DNA from: Gammaproteobacteria bacterium
Lineage (GTDB): Bacteria; Pseudomonadota; Gammaproteobacteria; Steroidobacterales; Foliamicaceae
Length of the DNA: 64,000 nt
Direction: 5' to 3'
Assembly: GCA_009844425.1 (NCBI GenBank)
Contig: VYBN01000034.1
Location: 55,301-119,300 of the forward strand
In this document: positions 19,251 to 29,650 of the stretch, piece by piece
Position numbering within the stretch: position 1 is the stretch's first letter
How the letters are laid out: each line of letters begins with the position of its first letter
Translations under genes and position numbers: made by a program
Notes under the pieces: generated by a model
Databases searched by the model: none
What the model was told of the DNA's origin: nothing
Seen by the model: only the letters and a program-made list of their open reading frames with translations

Positions 19251-20513
19251 TCAGACCGGCCATTCGACATGGACCTCGCGCGGGCCGTGGAAACAGATGT
19301 TGGGCAGGTAATCGAAACGCTGGTTGGCGGCGAGCCGCATCGCGGGCAAGCGCCGGCTCAGCGCCTCCAGCGTAACCCTGGCCTCCATTTGCGCCAGCGT
19401 CGCGCCCAGGCAGCGATGGACGCCGGTGCCGAACGACAAATGCCGGCTGGCATTGCGCCTGGCTATATCCAATAGTTCGGGATCATCAAACATCTCGCCG
19501 TCGCGGTTGGCGGCGCCCAGCAGCAACAGTAACTGGGCATCGGCCGGCACCTTCACGCCGGCAATTTCCATTTCCTGCTTCGATTTTCTGCGCCAGCTGA
19601 TGACCGAGGAGTCGTATCGCAGGATTTCTTCAATGGCGCCGGGGATCAAGGCCGGCTCTGCGACTATCTTTTCCCATGCTTCCCTGTGGCGGAGAAGCTG
19701 AATGATGCTGTTGCCCAGCAGGCTGGCGGTGGTTTCGTGCCCCGCGGTAAAGAAAGCGAACAGAATGCTGGCGATCATGTCCAGGCTCAGGATTTCGTCG
19801 TTCCCGGCGCGCACTCGCAACAGCTCGCTGGTCAGATCATCGGCAGGGCGGGCAAGCCGCTCATCCACCAGCTCCCGGCACAGGCCGAAGAAGCCCGCCA
19901 GACCCGCAGCGAGCAGGGTTTGCTCCTCGTCCGTGGGGCGCCCCCAAACAAACAGGATGCGGTTTTTTGCGCCCTCCTTGATCGCCGGCGCCTGTTCGTC
20001 CGGGAAACCCAGCAGCTTGAGAATGACCAGGGCGGGCAAATCAAAAAGCGCCTCGGCCATCAGCTCCGCCTTGCCGTTTCGCACGCAGTTGTCCAGGGCG
20101 CTGTTCAGCATGGCGGCCACATAAGGCTCCAGGGCGGCTATGCGGCGCGGGGCAAATGCCTTGACCACGCTCCTTCGGGTTTTGGTGTGCTGCGGCCGGT
20201 CCGCATTGCCCAGCGCCGGCACCATGTTCCAGCCTCCTTCCGCGAGCGCGCGGCGGGCGGCTTCGCAAAGAGGATGAATTGGCGCGATGGTGTTTTGCGC
20301 CGAATAATTCTCGTGATCCCTAAGCACCCGCTTAACATCCTGATAGCGGCTTACGACCCAGTGATCGATATCCCGAGCGTAGAAGACCGGCGCTTCCCGC
20401 CGAAGCCGCTCGAAAAAAGGATAGGGATCGGACAATTGCGGCTCCCGGAACAAGTCAAATCGGCTGCTGACTGTCCCGGATAGCGTTGTGTTTCCGCTGG
20501 TCGCCACGGCCAT
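19251..20513 (-). CDS. cytochrome P450
   Basis: AGHETT, EEILR, HLSFGTGVHRCLG heme-Cys motif. Confidence 0.95.
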   Translation of the reverse strand: MAVATSGNTTLSGTVSSRFDLFREPQLSDPYPFFERLRREAPVFYARDIDHWVVSRYQDVKRVLRDHENYSAQNTIAPIHPLCEAARRALAEGGWNMVPALGNADRPQHTKTRRSVVKAFAPRRIAALEPYVAAMLNSALDNCVRNGKAELMAEALFDLPALVILKLLGFPDEQAPAIKEGAKNRILFVWGRPTDEEQTLLAAGLAGFFGLCRELVDERLARPADDLTSELLRVRAGNDEILSLDMIASILFAFFTAGHETTASLLGNSIIQLLRHREAWEKIVAEPALIPGAIEEILRYDSSVISWRRKSKQEMEIAGVKVPADAQLLLLLGAANRDGEMFDDPELLDIARRNASRHLSFGTGVHRCLGATLAQMEARVTLEALSRRLPAMRLAANQRFDYLPNICFHGPREVHVEWPV

Positions 20514-20603
20514 GCGAGTAGTATAGCAATGCGCGGCTACCCATCCGGCTCGCGGCCGAATCTACTGCAATTGCTTCCCCTCAGCGCTTTATATTTAATT
20601 CAA

Positions 20604-21611
20604 GTGATTGATAATATTGATAAAATACCGATAAACATGATAACCGGCTTTCTTGGCAGCGGAAAGACGACCGTGTTGAATCAGTTGCTTTCCTCGCCCG
20701 ACTTGGCGGACACGGCCGTGCTGGTGAACGAGTTCGGTGAAATCGGGGTCGATCACCTGCTGGTAAAGTCCATTGACGAAGATATCTTCCTGCTGGAGTC
20801 GGGCTGCATTTGCTGTTCCGTCCGCGATGACTTCAGCGCCTCCCTGCTCAGGCTTCACGCCAGACGAGCGCAAGGCAGCGCGCCGCGGTTTCAGCGGGTG
20901 CTGCTCGAAACCACAGGCATCGCCGACCCCATCGCGATCAGTGAACTTGTGCTGTCGGACAACGAAATAATCCAACGCTATGTTTGCCGGAAAATCCTGA
21001 CTGTCGTCGATGCCGTCCATGGCCAGGGAAATCTTGACAAGCATCTGGAGGCCGTCAAGCAGGTGAGCGTTGCAGACCATATCGTTATCTCGAAAACCGA
21101 TCTGTGCGACGAAGCGCCACTGGCCGTCATGGAGGAAAGATTGCGCCGGTTGAATCCCCTCGCGCCGCAATCCCATGCCGGCCTCAAACCTGTCGGGCCC
21201 GGTATTCTTTCCGGTCCGTCCGGCGCAGCGCCGGGTCCGGAAAGGCAGCAGCTTCCGCGGCAAGACGCGCTTGAGGGAAAAGCGAATTCACTTCCGCACG
21301 ATAATCGCTTTGCCACTTTTTCCCTTACCTGGCCTGAGGCCGTGGCCTGGGATGAATTCGCTGCCTGGCTGGAAGCGATACTCTTTGCTCGCGGCGACAG
21401 CATCCACCGCGTGAAAGGTTTATTGAAGGTGGCCGGAGAGACGCGGCCCACGGTGATACAGGGCGTGCAGCACTCGTTTTATTCCCCGACAAGGCTGGAT
21501 CGCTGGCCGGATGGCGATACGGCGACAAGGCTTGTGTTCATCACGAGCGATTTCAGCAAACGGGCTGTCATTAATAGCCTGGAAAATATTCTGGACGTGT
21601 CGGCGTGCTGA
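20604..21611 (+). CDS. CobW/COG0523 G3E GTPase metallochaperone
   Basis: GFLGSGKTT, NEFGE, GCICC, ETTG, RVKG, IQGV. Start uncertain. Confidence 0.9.
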   Translation: MIDNIDKIPINMITGFLGSGKTTVLNQLLSSPDLADTAVLVNEFGEIGVDHLLVKSIDEDIFLLESGCICCSVRDDFSASLLRLHARRAQGSAPRFQRVLLETTGIADPIAISELVLSDNEIIQRYVCRKILTVVDAVHGQGNLDKHLEAVKQVSVADHIVISKTDLCDEAPLAVMEERLRRLNPLAPQSHAGLKPVGPGILSGPSGAAPGPERQQLPRQDALEGKANSLPHDNRFATFSLTWPEAVAWDEFAAWLEAILFARGDSIHRVKGLLKVAGETRPTVIQGVQHSFYSPTRLDRWPDGDTATRLVFITSDFSKRAVINSLENILDVSAC

Positions 21612-22381
21612 ATTGCCGGCAGCCGGGCGAATACCGGGAAAAAGGTGCGGTGGCCATTCGCGCAGCGCCGGTGGAGGATTATCTGCCTTTCCTGCGGGAG
21701 CAGTTGGCGGCAATCTCTCAACCCGGGCGGAAGAAACGGCCATGGCTGCTATGGGAACTGCATAACCCCTGGAGCCGTTCCGCCTCCGTTGCCGACAGTT
21801 GGAAATTCCTGGAGTTATGCCAGTCGGAGACGCTGCTCTCGCACATCGCGCCGCTCATGGGCGAGGACATTATTCTTTTTGACAGCCAGTTTTCACCGGA
21901 CCTGCGGGATGCGGGCAATTCGGAATCGTCATGGCAAAACGACCGTCTGCGCTGCCCGGCAAGCCCGCTGCAGGGACTGGTGGCGCGCATTCCCTTCGCG
22001 TGTCCGGCCAACGAAAGCGCAAGGTTCATCTACCAGCCCGGGCCGTCCGCGCAACAGGCGATCGAATACCGCGACGGCGCCGTCCTTTGCCACAACATCG
22101 ACTTGAACTACCGCATTGTTGCCAGGAAGAAAGCCGCGCAGCAACCCTGGGAGTACGTGATTCGCTACTTTCCCGCAACTTCGCGTTATTTGCGCGACCC
22201 GGCAACGGAATTTCACCGCGAATTGACGGAACGATACCCGCTGCTCAATTACGCCAAGATGCCGCTGTGGCTGGTTCGCGGCGATGACAGGGGCGGCAAC
22301 GATTTCGTCACCGGTTTTCAGCCTAAGGCGGGGAGGTGGATCGATCGTCCCGGTCCTCCCGCACCAGCAGAATCAGGATGA
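21605..22381 (+). CDS. degenerate PhyH (phytanoyl-CoA dioxygenase)-like protein
   Basis: FLELC...LMGEDIILFDSQF, YVIRYFPATS, LWLVRGDD resemble PhyH proteins, but the HxD...H triad is not recognisable. Confidence 0.5.
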   Translation: MLNCRQPGEYREKGAVAIRAAPVEDYLPFLREQLAAISQPGRKKRPWLLWELHNPWSRSASVADSWKFLELCQSETLLSHIAPLMGEDIILFDSQFSPDLRDAGNSESSWQNDRLRCPASPLQGLVARIPFACPANESARFIYQPGPSAQQAIEYRDGAVLCHNIDLNYRIVARKKAAQQPWEYVIRYFPATSRYLRDPATEFHRELTERYPLLNYAKMPLWLVRGDDRGGNDFVTGFQPKAGRWIDRPGPPAPAESG

Positions 22382-22832
22382 GGAGAAACGAGGCCGCAAA
22401 AAAGAAAGCCGGCTGTTGGGCGTTCCAGTCCTGCGATTGCCACATCAGAAACCATTCCCCCGCAACCACCAAAAAACCGCCGAACCAAAGCAAAATGCCC
22501 AGAGTCAGCGCCAGGACCGCCTTTGTTTTTCGCCGGTTGAACTGCGCGGCGTCGCGGCGCGCCCGCCACAGGTCAGAGGCGCCCCAGAAACCCAACAGCG
22601 CGATGGCGACTTCAGTGGCGATGATCAGCCAGTAGGCCAGGTGATGCAGCCAGGGCGCCTCCACCGCGCGCCACATGGAGTTGTTGCCGGGGAACACGCT
22701 GTCCATAAGCATCACATGCCGCACCGCGGCAAAATTGATCTGATAATCCAGTATGTTATTCATGCTGACGAGAGCGGCAAACAGCGCAGCTGACAACACG
22801 AATAGGATTTTGCTGATCCTGACCGTAAACAT
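22323..22832 (-). CDS. DUF2165 family membrane protein
   Basis: NNILDYQINF..VRHVMLMD, GEWFLMWQSQDWN; four hydrophobic segments. Confidence 0.8.
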   Translation of the reverse strand: MFTVRISKILFVLSAALFAALVSMNNILDYQINFAAVRHVMLMDSVFPGNNSMWRAVEAPWLHHLAYWLIIATEVAIALLGFWGASDLWRARRDAAQFNRRKTKAVLALTLGILLWFGGFLVVAGEWFLMWQSQDWNAQQPAFFFAASFLLILILLVREDRDDRSTSPP

Positions 22833-23131
22833 TTTTCCCTGAGGTCTTTTTCAGGAGCAGATACTACAACACGAGGAAGCAGTCCCAACCTCCACCGTTC
22901 GACGCCGCTGCAGGCGGGTTCTTGGCCGAAACACTGGACTTTGCGGGATGAAACCCGCTAGAATTTGGGGCCGTGCCGCGGGAGGGAGCCCCCGGCGCTG
23001 GTTTCGGTCTGTCCCCAGGTTTCTTCAGGCGCATTCTGGCGCGCCAATCAGGTGTGGGTGTGGGCGACCGGCGCGGGGCAAACTGCCGCTCCCCTGGAGA
23101 AACTTATCCGGCATTTGGGGGCCGAATCGCA

Positions 23132-24541
23132 ATGAAAGCATCACAAGTTCTCGCAATGATCGAGGAAAAGGGCGTGAGGTTTGTCGACCTCCGCTTTACC
23201 GACACCCGGGGCAAGGAGCAGCACGTCAGCGTGCCCGCGAGTGTTGTCGACGAGGAATTTTTTGTTTCAGGGAAGATGTTTGACGGGTCTTCCATCGCCG
23301 GCTGGCGGGGGATCGACGAATCCGATATGGTCCTGATACCCGAGGCGGACACGGCCGTCGTTGACGTATTCGCCGAGGACACGACGCTGCTGCTGCGCTG
23401 CGACGTATACGAACCGGTCACGATGCAGGCCTACGCGCGCTGCCCGCGGCTGACCGCAAAGCGCGCGATCGAATACCTGCGCTCCACCGGCATCGGCGAC
23501 GACGCCAATTTCGGGCCGGAGAACGAGTTCTTCATCTTCGACGACGTGCGCTACGGCAGTTCGCTGGAAAGCGCCTCGTATTACGTGGACTCGATCGAGG
23601 GAAGCTGGAACTCCACGCGCGAATTCGAGGAAGGCAACTACGGCCACCGGCCGGGCGTGAAAGGCGGTTATTTCCCGGTTCCCCCGGTGGATTCGCTGCA
23701 GGACATCCGCTCCACCATCTGCCTGGCGCTGGAGGACCTGGGCCTGCCGGTGGAAGTGCATCACCACGAAGTGGCCACGGCTGGCCAGGGCGAGATCGGA
23801 GTGCGTTTCAACAGCCTCGTGGCCAAGGCCGACGAGGTGCAGATTCTGAAGTACGCGGTCATGAACACGGCCCACCAGTTCGGCAAGACGGCCACGTTCA
23901 TGCCCAAGCCCCTGGTCGGCGACAACGGCAACGGCATGCACGTTCACCAGTCGATCGTCAAGGACGGCAGCAACGTCTTTTCGGGCGACGGCTACGGCGG
24001 GCTGTCCGAGGCCGCAATGTATTACATCGGCGGCATCCTCAAGCATGCACGCGCGCTGAACGCTTTCACCAACCCGGCCACCAACAGCTACAAGCGGCTG
24101 GTGAAGGGCTTTGAGGCGCCCACGCTGCTTGCCTACTCGGCGCGCAACCGCTCGGCCGCGGTGCGTATCCCGTTCGTGGCCGATTCCCGGGCGCGCCGGG
24201 TGGAAGTGCGGTTCCCGGACAGCATGGCCAATCCGTACCTTGCGTTCGCGGCCTTGCTGATGGCGGGCATCGACGGCATTCAGAACAAGATTCATCCGGG
24301 CGACCCGGTGGACAAGGACTTGTACGACCTGCCCCCCGAGGAAGAGGCGGGGCTGCCGACCGTGGCGTTCTCACTGGAGGAGGCGCTCGACGCATTGCGC
24401 GCCGACAACGATTTCCTCAAGGCCGGCGACGTCTTCACCGACGACCTGCTGGAAGGCTACATCGAACTCAAGGACGAGGATTGCACCCGCCTGCGGGCCA
24501 GCACCCACCCGGTCGAGTTCGAGATGTACTACAGCCTGTAG
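23132..24541 (+). CDS. glnA: glutamine synthetase type I
   Basis: VDLRFTD, FDGSSI, HHHEVA, GNGMH, RNRSA, adenylylation site DLYDLP, C-terminal EFEMYYSL. Confidence 0.98.
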   Translation: MKASQVLAMIEEKGVRFVDLRFTDTRGKEQHVSVPASVVDEEFFVSGKMFDGSSIAGWRGIDESDMVLIPEADTAVVDVFAEDTTLLLRCDVYEPVTMQAYARCPRLTAKRAIEYLRSTGIGDDANFGPENEFFIFDDVRYGSSLESASYYVDSIEGSWNSTREFEEGNYGHRPGVKGGYFPVPPVDSLQDIRSTICLALEDLGLPVEVHHHEVATAGQGEIGVRFNSLVAKADEVQILKYAVMNTAHQFGKTATFMPKPLVGDNGNGMHVHQSIVKDGSNVFSGDGYGGLSEAAMYYIGGILKHARALNAFTNPATNSYKRLVKGFEAPTLLAYSARNRSAAVRIPFVADSRARRVEVRFPDSMANPYLAFAALLMAGIDGIQNKIHPGDPVDKDLYDLPPEEEAGLPTVAFSLEEALDALRADNDFLKAGDVFTDDLLEGYIELKDEDCTRLRASTHPVEFEMYYSL

Positions 24542-24581
24542 TACCTCTCAAGACGTCACACGACGGAGTCCAGGGAGGACC

Positions 24582-25172
24582 ATGAAGACAGGGTTGGCGG
24601 GCCTGCTTTTGATGGCGGGCCTGCCGCCCGCATTGCAGGCGCAGGAGATCTGGCGCCATGTGGATGAGCGCGGTTCCGTGCGTTATGCGGACCGGCCCTT
24701 TGCCGGGGCTGTTCCGGCGGAATTGCCCGAGACGTCCCGCTGGTCCGGGCGAGCCGCTGATGCGTCCGGCAATGAGGAGCGCGGGCCGAAGGCGGCCGGA
24801 CCGCGAGCAGGCGCAGGGTCCGAACTTGCGATCGTGCGGCCCGCTCCGGAAGAGACGGTTCGCGGATCCGGCGGCGCGCTCGACGTCATGATTGCAGCGG
24901 GCCGGGAGTTCGAGCCCCGCAGCCGCCTGGTGCTGGAACTGAACGGCGTCGAGACCGTATGGCGCGGCGAGCCGCCGAAAGTGACGCTAAGCGAGGTCTG
25001 GCGGGGCGAACATCGCTTGCGCGCCCGTCTGCTTGACGCACGGGGCAGGGAACTTGCCTCCAGCGAGGAAATCCGCTTCTACAAGCGGGAAGCATCGGTG
25101 ATCAAGCCGGGGGAGCAGGCCCGCGGAGACAGCTTGCGGTTTCCGTCCGAAGGCCCGAACGCGAAGCTCTAA
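24582..25172 (+). CDS. DUF4124-like secreted protein
   Basis: Signal peptide, then IWRHVDERGSVRYADRP and WRGEH; usual glnA neighbour. Confidence 0.7.
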   Translation: MKTGLAGLLLMAGLPPALQAQEIWRHVDERGSVRYADRPFAGAVPAELPETSRWSGRAADASGNEERGPKAAGPRAGAGSELAIVRPAPEETVRGSGGALDVMIAAGREFEPRSRLVLELNGVETVWRGEPPKVTLSEVWRGEHRLRARLLDARGRELASSEEIRFYKREASVIKPGEQARGDSLRFPSEGPNAKL

Positions 25173-25206
25173 AACGGAACGCGCAGAATGGTCGTTCGCA
25201 TGCCGA

Positions 25207-26169
25207 TCAGCCGGACAGCGGACTGTCCTCGACATCCGGTTGCAGCTTGAGCGCTCCGGTGAGTTCACTCACATTGCCGATCCCGTGCTCGTCAAGGTAT
25301 TCGGCGATGCCCGCGTTGATCTTCCTGCACACCAGAGGATCGTAGAACAGAGCGGTCCCCACGCCGACCGTGGTGGCGCCGGCCAGCAGAAACTCGATCG
25401 CGTCGGCGGCATTCATGACGCCGCCCTGGCCGATGATCGGTGCGTCGTACTTTCGCGCGACCTGATACGTCTGGTAGACCTTCAGCAGCGCCAGCGGCTT
25501 GATGGCCGGCCCCGACAGGCCACCCTGCACGTTTCCGATCACCGGACGGCGGCTTTGCGCGTCGATCGCCATGCCCATCAACGTGTTGATCACGGCCAGG
25601 CCGTCGGCGCCCGCTTCCAGGCAGCGTCGCGCATTTTCGGCGATATCGGTCTGGTTGGGCGAGAGCTTTACGATCAGTGGCTTGGAGGTCGCGGCCCGGC
25701 ACGCCTCCACCACCCTCGCGGACATGTCCGGATCGTTGCCGAAAGCCACGCCGCCCTCGCGCACGTTGGGACAGGAGATATTGATCTCCATGCCCTGCAT
25801 CGGCGTGTCGTCGAACCGCCGCGTCACTTCGGCGTACTCTTCGACCGTGCTGCCGCAGATGTTCGCGAACCAGCAGGTTTCGTCGTAGTCGAGTCCGGGC
25901 GCAATGTCGCGAACGACCGCGTCCACACCCGGATTCTGAAGACCGATGGCGTTGAGCATCCCGCCGGGGGTTTCCCAGAGGCGGTGGCCCCTGTTGCCCA
26001 GGCGCGGCTTCAGCGTCGTTCCCTTGCACACGATGGCTCCCGCGTCGGCGTTGGAGAAGCCTTCGACACGGGTGTACTCGTCGCCGAAGCCCACGCAACC
26101 GGACAACAGCACGATCGGCGAGTTGAGCCGCAGGCCGCAAAAATCGACGGAGAGCGCGGAGTTGCTCAT
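25207..26169 (-). CDS. pyrD: dihydroorotate dehydrogenase, family 1
   Basis: GMLNAIGLQNPG, INISCPN, VKLSPN, INT, GGLSG. Confidence 0.9.
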   Translation of the reverse strand: MSNSALSVDFCGLRLNSPIVLLSGCVGFGDEYTRVEGFSNADAGAIVCKGTTLKPRLGNRGHRLWETPGGMLNAIGLQNPGVDAVVRDIAPGLDYDETCWFANICGSTVEEYAEVTRRFDDTPMQGMEINISCPNVREGGVAFGNDPDMSARVVEACRAATSKPLIVKLSPNQTDIAENARRCLEAGADGLAVINTLMGMAIDAQSRRPVIGNVQGGLSGPAIKPLALLKVYQTYQVARKYDAPIIGQGGVMNAADAIEFLLAGATTVGVGTALFYDPLVCRKINAGIAEYLDEHGIGNVSELTGALKLQPDVEDSPLSG

Positions 26170-27176
26170 GCCGCCGCCACCGGCACTTCGTCCTCGGACT
26201 TCAGCGGCCGGCTCAAGAGCGCCTTGAGCACCGTTCCGGGATCCCGTCCCCGGTGCAGCACCTGGTAGACCTGTTCCGAAATCGGCAGGTCAAGCTTGAG
26301 CCGGCGCGACAGACGATGCACGGCATCGGCGGCATAAAGCCCTTCGGCGACTTGTCCGAGTTCCTCCAGCGCCTTTTCGACCGGTGTGCCGCGCGCCACC
26401 TTCAGCCCCAGTCGCCGGTTGCGGGACTGATCGTCGGAGCAGGTCAGCGCCAGGTCGCCGAGGCCCGCCAGGCCCATGAAACTGCTGGCGCGCCCCCCCA
26501 GCGCCACGCCCAGGCGCACGATCTCGGCCAGGCCGCGGCAAAGCAGCGCGGCACGGGCATTGGCCCCGTAACCCAGGCCGTCCGACAGGCCGGCCCCGAT
26601 CGCAATCACGTTCTTTGTGGCGCCGCCCACCTCGACGCCGGTCAGGTCGCCGGAAACATAGGCCCGCACCGCGCCCGAGTTGAGCTTTCGGGCCAGCCAG
26701 CGGGCCAGTTCGGCGCTCCCGGAAGCCACCGTGATCGCTGCAGGCTGCCCGGCGGCGACTTCGGTGGCGAACGTGGGGCCCGAGACCGCCGCCAGCGGGA
26801 AACCGGGGCCAAGCTCCTCGGCCGCCACCTGGTGCGTGAGCAGCCCGCTTTCGACCTCCAGGCCCTTGGAGGCGCAGCAAAGGCGCACGCCGCGCGCGAG
26901 CAGTGGCTTGAGGCGGCGGAAAGTCGCCCGCAAGGCCGAGCTGGGCGTCACCAGCAAGACGCACTCGGCGCCCCGGACGGCGGTTTCCAGTTCCTCCACG
27001 GGCTGCACGCAGCGCGGGAGGGAAACCCCGGGAAGGTATCGTGTGTTTTCCCGGTGCGACAGGAGATTCGCGATGTGCCCCCGGTCAATGTCCCAGAGCT
27101 TCCCGGGGCAGCCTGCCTTGCCCAGGTGAACCGCCAGCGCCGTGCCCCATGCGCCGGCGCCGATTATCGCGAACAT
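26166..27176 (-). CDS. gpsA: NAD(P)H-dependent glycerol-3-phosphate dehydrogenase
   Basis: GAGAWGTALA, SGPTFA, GGATKN, GLGDL, SRNR. Confidence 0.95.
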   Translation of the reverse strand: MFAIIGAGAWGTALAVHLGKAGCPGKLWDIDRGHIANLLSHRENTRYLPGVSLPRCVQPVEELETAVRGAECVLLVTPSSALRATFRRLKPLLARGVRLCCASKGLEVESGLLTHQVAAEELGPGFPLAAVSGPTFATEVAAGQPAAITVASGSAELARWLARKLNSGAVRAYVSGDLTGVEVGGATKNVIAIGAGLSDGLGYGANARAALLCRGLAEIVRLGVALGGRASSFMGLAGLGDLALTCSDDQSRNRRLGLKVARGTPVEKALEELGQVAEGLYAADAVHRLSRRLKLDLPISEQVYQVLHRGRDPGTVLKALLSRPLKSEDEVPVAAA

Positions 27177-27197
27177 AGAAAAGCGTTCTTCGGCCGA

Positions 27198-27626
27198 CTA
27201 TTTGCGCCGGCCCCGCCCAACGATCACCGGCAGGTTGTCCCGCTGCCAGGCGGCCAGCCCGCCCTTCAGGCAGAACACCTGTTCGGAACCCTTCTTGCGC
27301 AGTTCCTGGGCCAGCCGGCCGCTGGCCGAGCCGTTGTCGCACACCAGCAGCACCGTCTTGCCGGACTTGAACTTCGGCGCCGCCGGCACGTCCACGGCGC
27401 GAATATTGCGGGCATTGGGAATATGGCCCTGGCCGAAGGCTTGCGGCTCCCGCAAATCGAATATGGCCGCCCCCTTGTTGATGGCCTGTACCGCAACGTC
27501 GGGGGCGAGCGCGCTCACACCCAGGGCCCGCAGGCGCACTTCGTTGAACAGCGCGGCCAGCAGAGTGCCCACCACGCCCAGGCTGAGCCAGGGGTGGGCG
27601 GTTGCGAATTCGATAAGGCGTCCCAT
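27198..27626 (-). CDS. rhodanese-like membrane-anchored protein (YibN-like)
   Basis: N-terminal TM, DLRE, GHIPNA, LKGGLAAW; upstream of gpsA. Confidence 0.85.
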   Translation of the reverse strand: MGRLIEFATAHPWLSLGVVGTLLAALFNEVRLRALGVSALAPDVAVQAINKGAAIFDLREPQAFGQGHIPNARNIRAVDVPAAPKFKSGKTVLLVCDNGSASGRLAQELRKKGSEQVFCLKGGLAAWQRDNLPVIVGRGRRK

Positions 27627-27724
27627 TTCGGCGGAGAAATTATAACGAGACCGATATAATTTCCGCGCCTCCCGCCCGGTTCCCCAGCAATCATCCCATC
27701 GCCAAGCCGAGTCCCTCCGCTGCA

Positions 27725-28846
27725 ATGAGAGGCGCCATCGCAAGCCTTCTCGCCGTCCCGCTCCTGGCCGCCGCACAGGATGCCGGCGGGGACCGGGAAC
27801 TGGCCGAACTGCTCGGGCGCATCGAGGCGATCGAGCAGGAGCTCGACCGGGACATGCGGGCGAAAGGTCAGGCGGAAGCCGAACTCAGGGATACGGAAAT
27901 CGAAATCATGCGCTTGCGGGAAGAGTCCGCTGAAGTGGAGCGGCAACTAGCGGCCAGCCGACAGAAACGGTCCCGGCTGGAAGCCGACCTGAGCCGCAAC
28001 GGAGACGACCGCCGCCAGGCCCGGCAGGCCTTGACTGCCTCGATGCGCCTTGCCTGGCGCTCCGGCAGGCAGGAAGAGTTGAGGGCGCTGCTGAGCGGCG
28101 AGAGCGCCGGAGAAGTGGACCGCCGGCTGGCCTGGGCCGGCATGCTGGTCCGGTCCTGGGCGCGGCGGGCCGGGGATTCGGCCCGACTGGCGGGAGAGAG
28201 ACGATCATTGACCGAGGAATCGGGCAGCTTGGAGCGGGAGCTGGCCGGCTTGCAAGCGCGACGTGCCGGACAGATTCGCATGCTGGAACAGGCCGCGGCC
28301 CGGCGCAGGGCCACTGTTGCGGAGCTCGCCAGGCGTATAGGCGCGGCCGGGGACGAGATCGGGAGGCTCAGGAGCCGGGCGGCCACGCTGGCTTCCCTGG
28401 TCGAGAATCTGGGGGAAGCGATAGAGGAGCACCCGCCGGCTGCGCTGCCCTCGATCACCGCGGCGCGCGGTCAACTTTCGTGGCCGGTGGACGGCTCCGT
28501 CGTGCGGCGTTTCGGGGCCGGGCTGGGCGCCGGCCGCGCCAGCTGGGACGGCATCCTTCTCGAGGCCTCGGAGGGCGCTGAGGTGCGGGCGCCGCATGCC
28601 GGTCGCGTGGTGTTCGCGGACTGGGTGCGCGGGCTGGGATTTCTGCTGGTGCTGGATCACGGAGAGAACGTCATGAGCCTGTATGCATACAATGACCGGC
28701 TCGTGGGCAGGAAGGGCGAAACGGTGGACAAGGGACAGATAATCGCCCATGCCGGAAGCTCCGGGGGGCGTCCGCAACCCGGCCTGTATTTCGAGATACG
28801 CCGTAACGGCAAACCCGAGGACCCGATCCGGTGGCTGAGCAGGTAA
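27725..28846 (+). CDS. envC: murein hydrolase activator EnvC (coiled coil + M23)
   Basis: Signal peptide, long coiled coil, WPVDG, WDGI, LYFEIR. Confidence 0.85.
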   Translation: MRGAIASLLAVPLLAAAQDAGGDRELAELLGRIEAIEQELDRDMRAKGQAEAELRDTEIEIMRLREESAEVERQLAASRQKRSRLEADLSRNGDDRRQARQALTASMRLAWRSGRQEELRALLSGESAGEVDRRLAWAGMLVRSWARRAGDSARLAGERRSLTEESGSLERELAGLQARRAGQIRMLEQAAARRRATVAELARRIGAAGDEIGRLRSRAATLASLVENLGEAIEEHPPAALPSITAARGQLSWPVDGSVVRRFGAGLGAGRASWDGILLEASEGAEVRAPHAGRVVFADWVRGLGFLLVLDHGENVMSLYAYNDRLVGRKGETVDKGQIIAHAGSSGGRPQPGLYFEIRRNGKPEDPIRWLSR

Positions 28847-28857
28847 GCGCGGGAGGA

Positions 28858-29628
28858 ATGACCGGCTGGGAACAGGCTGTCGGCCTGTACACCATTCTGC
28901 GCAAGGAAGCGCGCCGCATCCTGCGGATCTGGGTGCAGACGATCGTCCCGCCCGCCATCACGATGTCGCTGTACTTCATCATCTTCGGGCAACTGCGTGA
29001 GCGCATCGGTTCCATGTCCGGCTTCGACTACACCCAGTTCATCGCGCCCGGGCTGATCCTGATGTCGGTGATAACCAATTCCTACGGCAACGTCGTGTCC
29101 TCGTTTTTCAGCGCCAAGTTCCAGCGCCACCTTGAGGAAATGCTGGTCTCGCCCCTGCCCAACTACGTGATCATCCTGGGGCACGCCGCCGGCGGGGTGA
29201 TGCGGGGCCTGATCGTGGGCCTGATCGTAACGGCCGTCGCCATGGGTTTTACCGATCTCGAGATCCGTTATCCCGTGATCGTCGTGTTCACCCTTTTCTG
29301 CACCGCGATCACGTTTTCGCTGGGCGGCATGATCAACGCCATCTTCGCGCGCAAGTTCGACGACGTGTCGCTTATTCCGGCTTTCGTCCTTACACCGCTG
29401 ACCTACCTGGGCGGCGTGTTCTACTCGGTGGACCTGCTCCCGGGGATATGGCGCACGCTCAGCCTCTTCAATCCGATCCTGTACATGATCAACGCCTTCC
29501 GCTACGGCATGATCGGCACGACGGATGTCGATCTGAACACCGCCTTCATCATGATGGGCGTGTTCGTGTTCGTGCTGTTCGGGGTGTGCGCCGTGCTGAT
29601 CCGCAAGGGCGTGGGCATACGCGACTAA
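28858..29628 (+). CDS. yadH: ABC-2 transporter permease (YadH-like)
   Basis: RIWVQTIVPP, PGLILMSVITNSYGN, PLTYLGGVFYS. Confidence 0.85.
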   Translation: MTGWEQAVGLYTILRKEARRILRIWVQTIVPPAITMSLYFIIFGQLRERIGSMSGFDYTQFIAPGLILMSVITNSYGNVVSSFFSAKFQRHLEEMLVSPLPNYVIILGHAAGGVMRGLIVGLIVTAVAMGFTDLEIRYPVIVVFTLFCTAITFSLGGMINAIFARKFDDVSLIPAFVLTPLTYLGGVFYSVDLLPGIWRTLSLFNPILYMINAFRYGMIGTTDVDLNTAFIMMGVFVFVLFGVCAVLIRKGVGIRD

Positions 29629-29650
29629 CTCCACAAGGCGCATCGCAATC

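Noticed and set aside
22833-23131. tRNA, att site or integrase at the island boundary upstream of glnA
   Set aside because: No cloverleaf, direct repeat or recombinase gene is visible; the boundary is inferred only from composition and gene content.
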